NCBI RefSeq assembly: GCF_000485595.1
Contig: NW_014577061.1
Span: 1,202,789 to 1,266,788 of the forward strand
Direction: 5' to 3'
Length of the DNA: 64,000 nucleotides
Source: Priapulus caudatus
Lineage: Eukaryota
Positions 63,250 to 64,000 of this stretch are shown here, piece after piece. A program made the translations under genes and the position numbers. Position 1 is the first letter of the stretch. Each line of letters opens with the position of its first letter. The notes beneath the pieces were generated by a model that did not search any database, had not been told where the DNA came from, and saw only the letters and a list, made by a program, of their open reading frames with translations.

Positions 63250-64000
63250 ATTTAACATTGGCCCTGATCTTAAGGTTATTAACCCTAACTGTAATGCTGA
63301 TCCTATACGAAATAAAATGATGAAAATTGCACAGCTGGAATGGATGAAGTCTGCACATGTAAATGATTTGAGAGTAGGATCTCTCCTTCCTAGGAAACAC
63401 CTTCTCAGATGCGTAGATGTAACGTTGAATTAAGAGTTCATGTAGAAATGATGAAGTAGAGATCCAAACTTGTGTATTTAACTGAATAAACTTTAATAAC
63501 GTGCACACAGTGTAGTCCCCGTTCTCCCAGACCGCGTCCTACCTCCATTTCACAATGACCCTAGAAAGGCCGGACGTAAAACACGTTTACCATTCTCCCT
63601 ATAACATCAATCTAGCCGCACAAAATGCGCGACGCTCTGTCTACAAAACCGATTTCATATTTTCGATGAAATGTTTTAGGCCTATCAAACTCTAATCGAA
63701 AAATGTGTTTAGCAGTCTGACAATATTGCGTAAACATAACGTTAGCACAAATTCAAGAAAACGATCACACATTTCTATACAAAGTTTCACACAAAAGATT
63801 TTCCCACACAAATACAAACGGTCACAAGCACATACCATGAAAAAAAAACTGCGTACATAAAATTAAGAAAAACAGATAAAAATGCACATTCCTGATGATG
63901 TCACCCTTTCACGTCCAGTTTCGACGGCACGAGATTAAAGCGTTTCACCAATTAACTTCTAGAATTCCCTGGATTTTTTTTTAGCCATTACAGTTATTTA

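Overview
Intron-rich animal (invertebrate-like) genomic DNA. It has GT-AG introns and (TTAGGG)n-type repeats, four N gaps (3378-3387, 13192-13273, 26390-26399, 53858-53867) and several error-rich segments that look like single-pass long-read gap fill. Five protein-coding genes were assembled by hand with consistent splice phases: NOB1 (-, partial), GAS8/DRC4 (+, complete except the ATG exon), a TP53INP/DOR-family autophagy gene (-, complete, 260 aa), a C8orf82/UPF0598 homologue (-, complete, 215 aa) and KATNB1 (+, 5' part, runs off the window). NOB1/GAS8 and C8orf82/KATNB1 are head-to-head pairs. Introns carry many non-autonomous DNA transposons: CAGG-ended elements with 5-bp or 8-bp TSDs, 9-bp-TSD elements carrying telomeric repeats, Helentron/HINE-like elements and a four-level nested stack. 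The most unusual pattern is that tandem arrays abut exons and several are built from the splice signal itself (branch point plus pyrimidine tract, or 5' donor), often beside exons with extreme GC3. No autonomous transposase, RNA gene or CRISPR array was supportable. Family names come from recalled homology, not from a database search.
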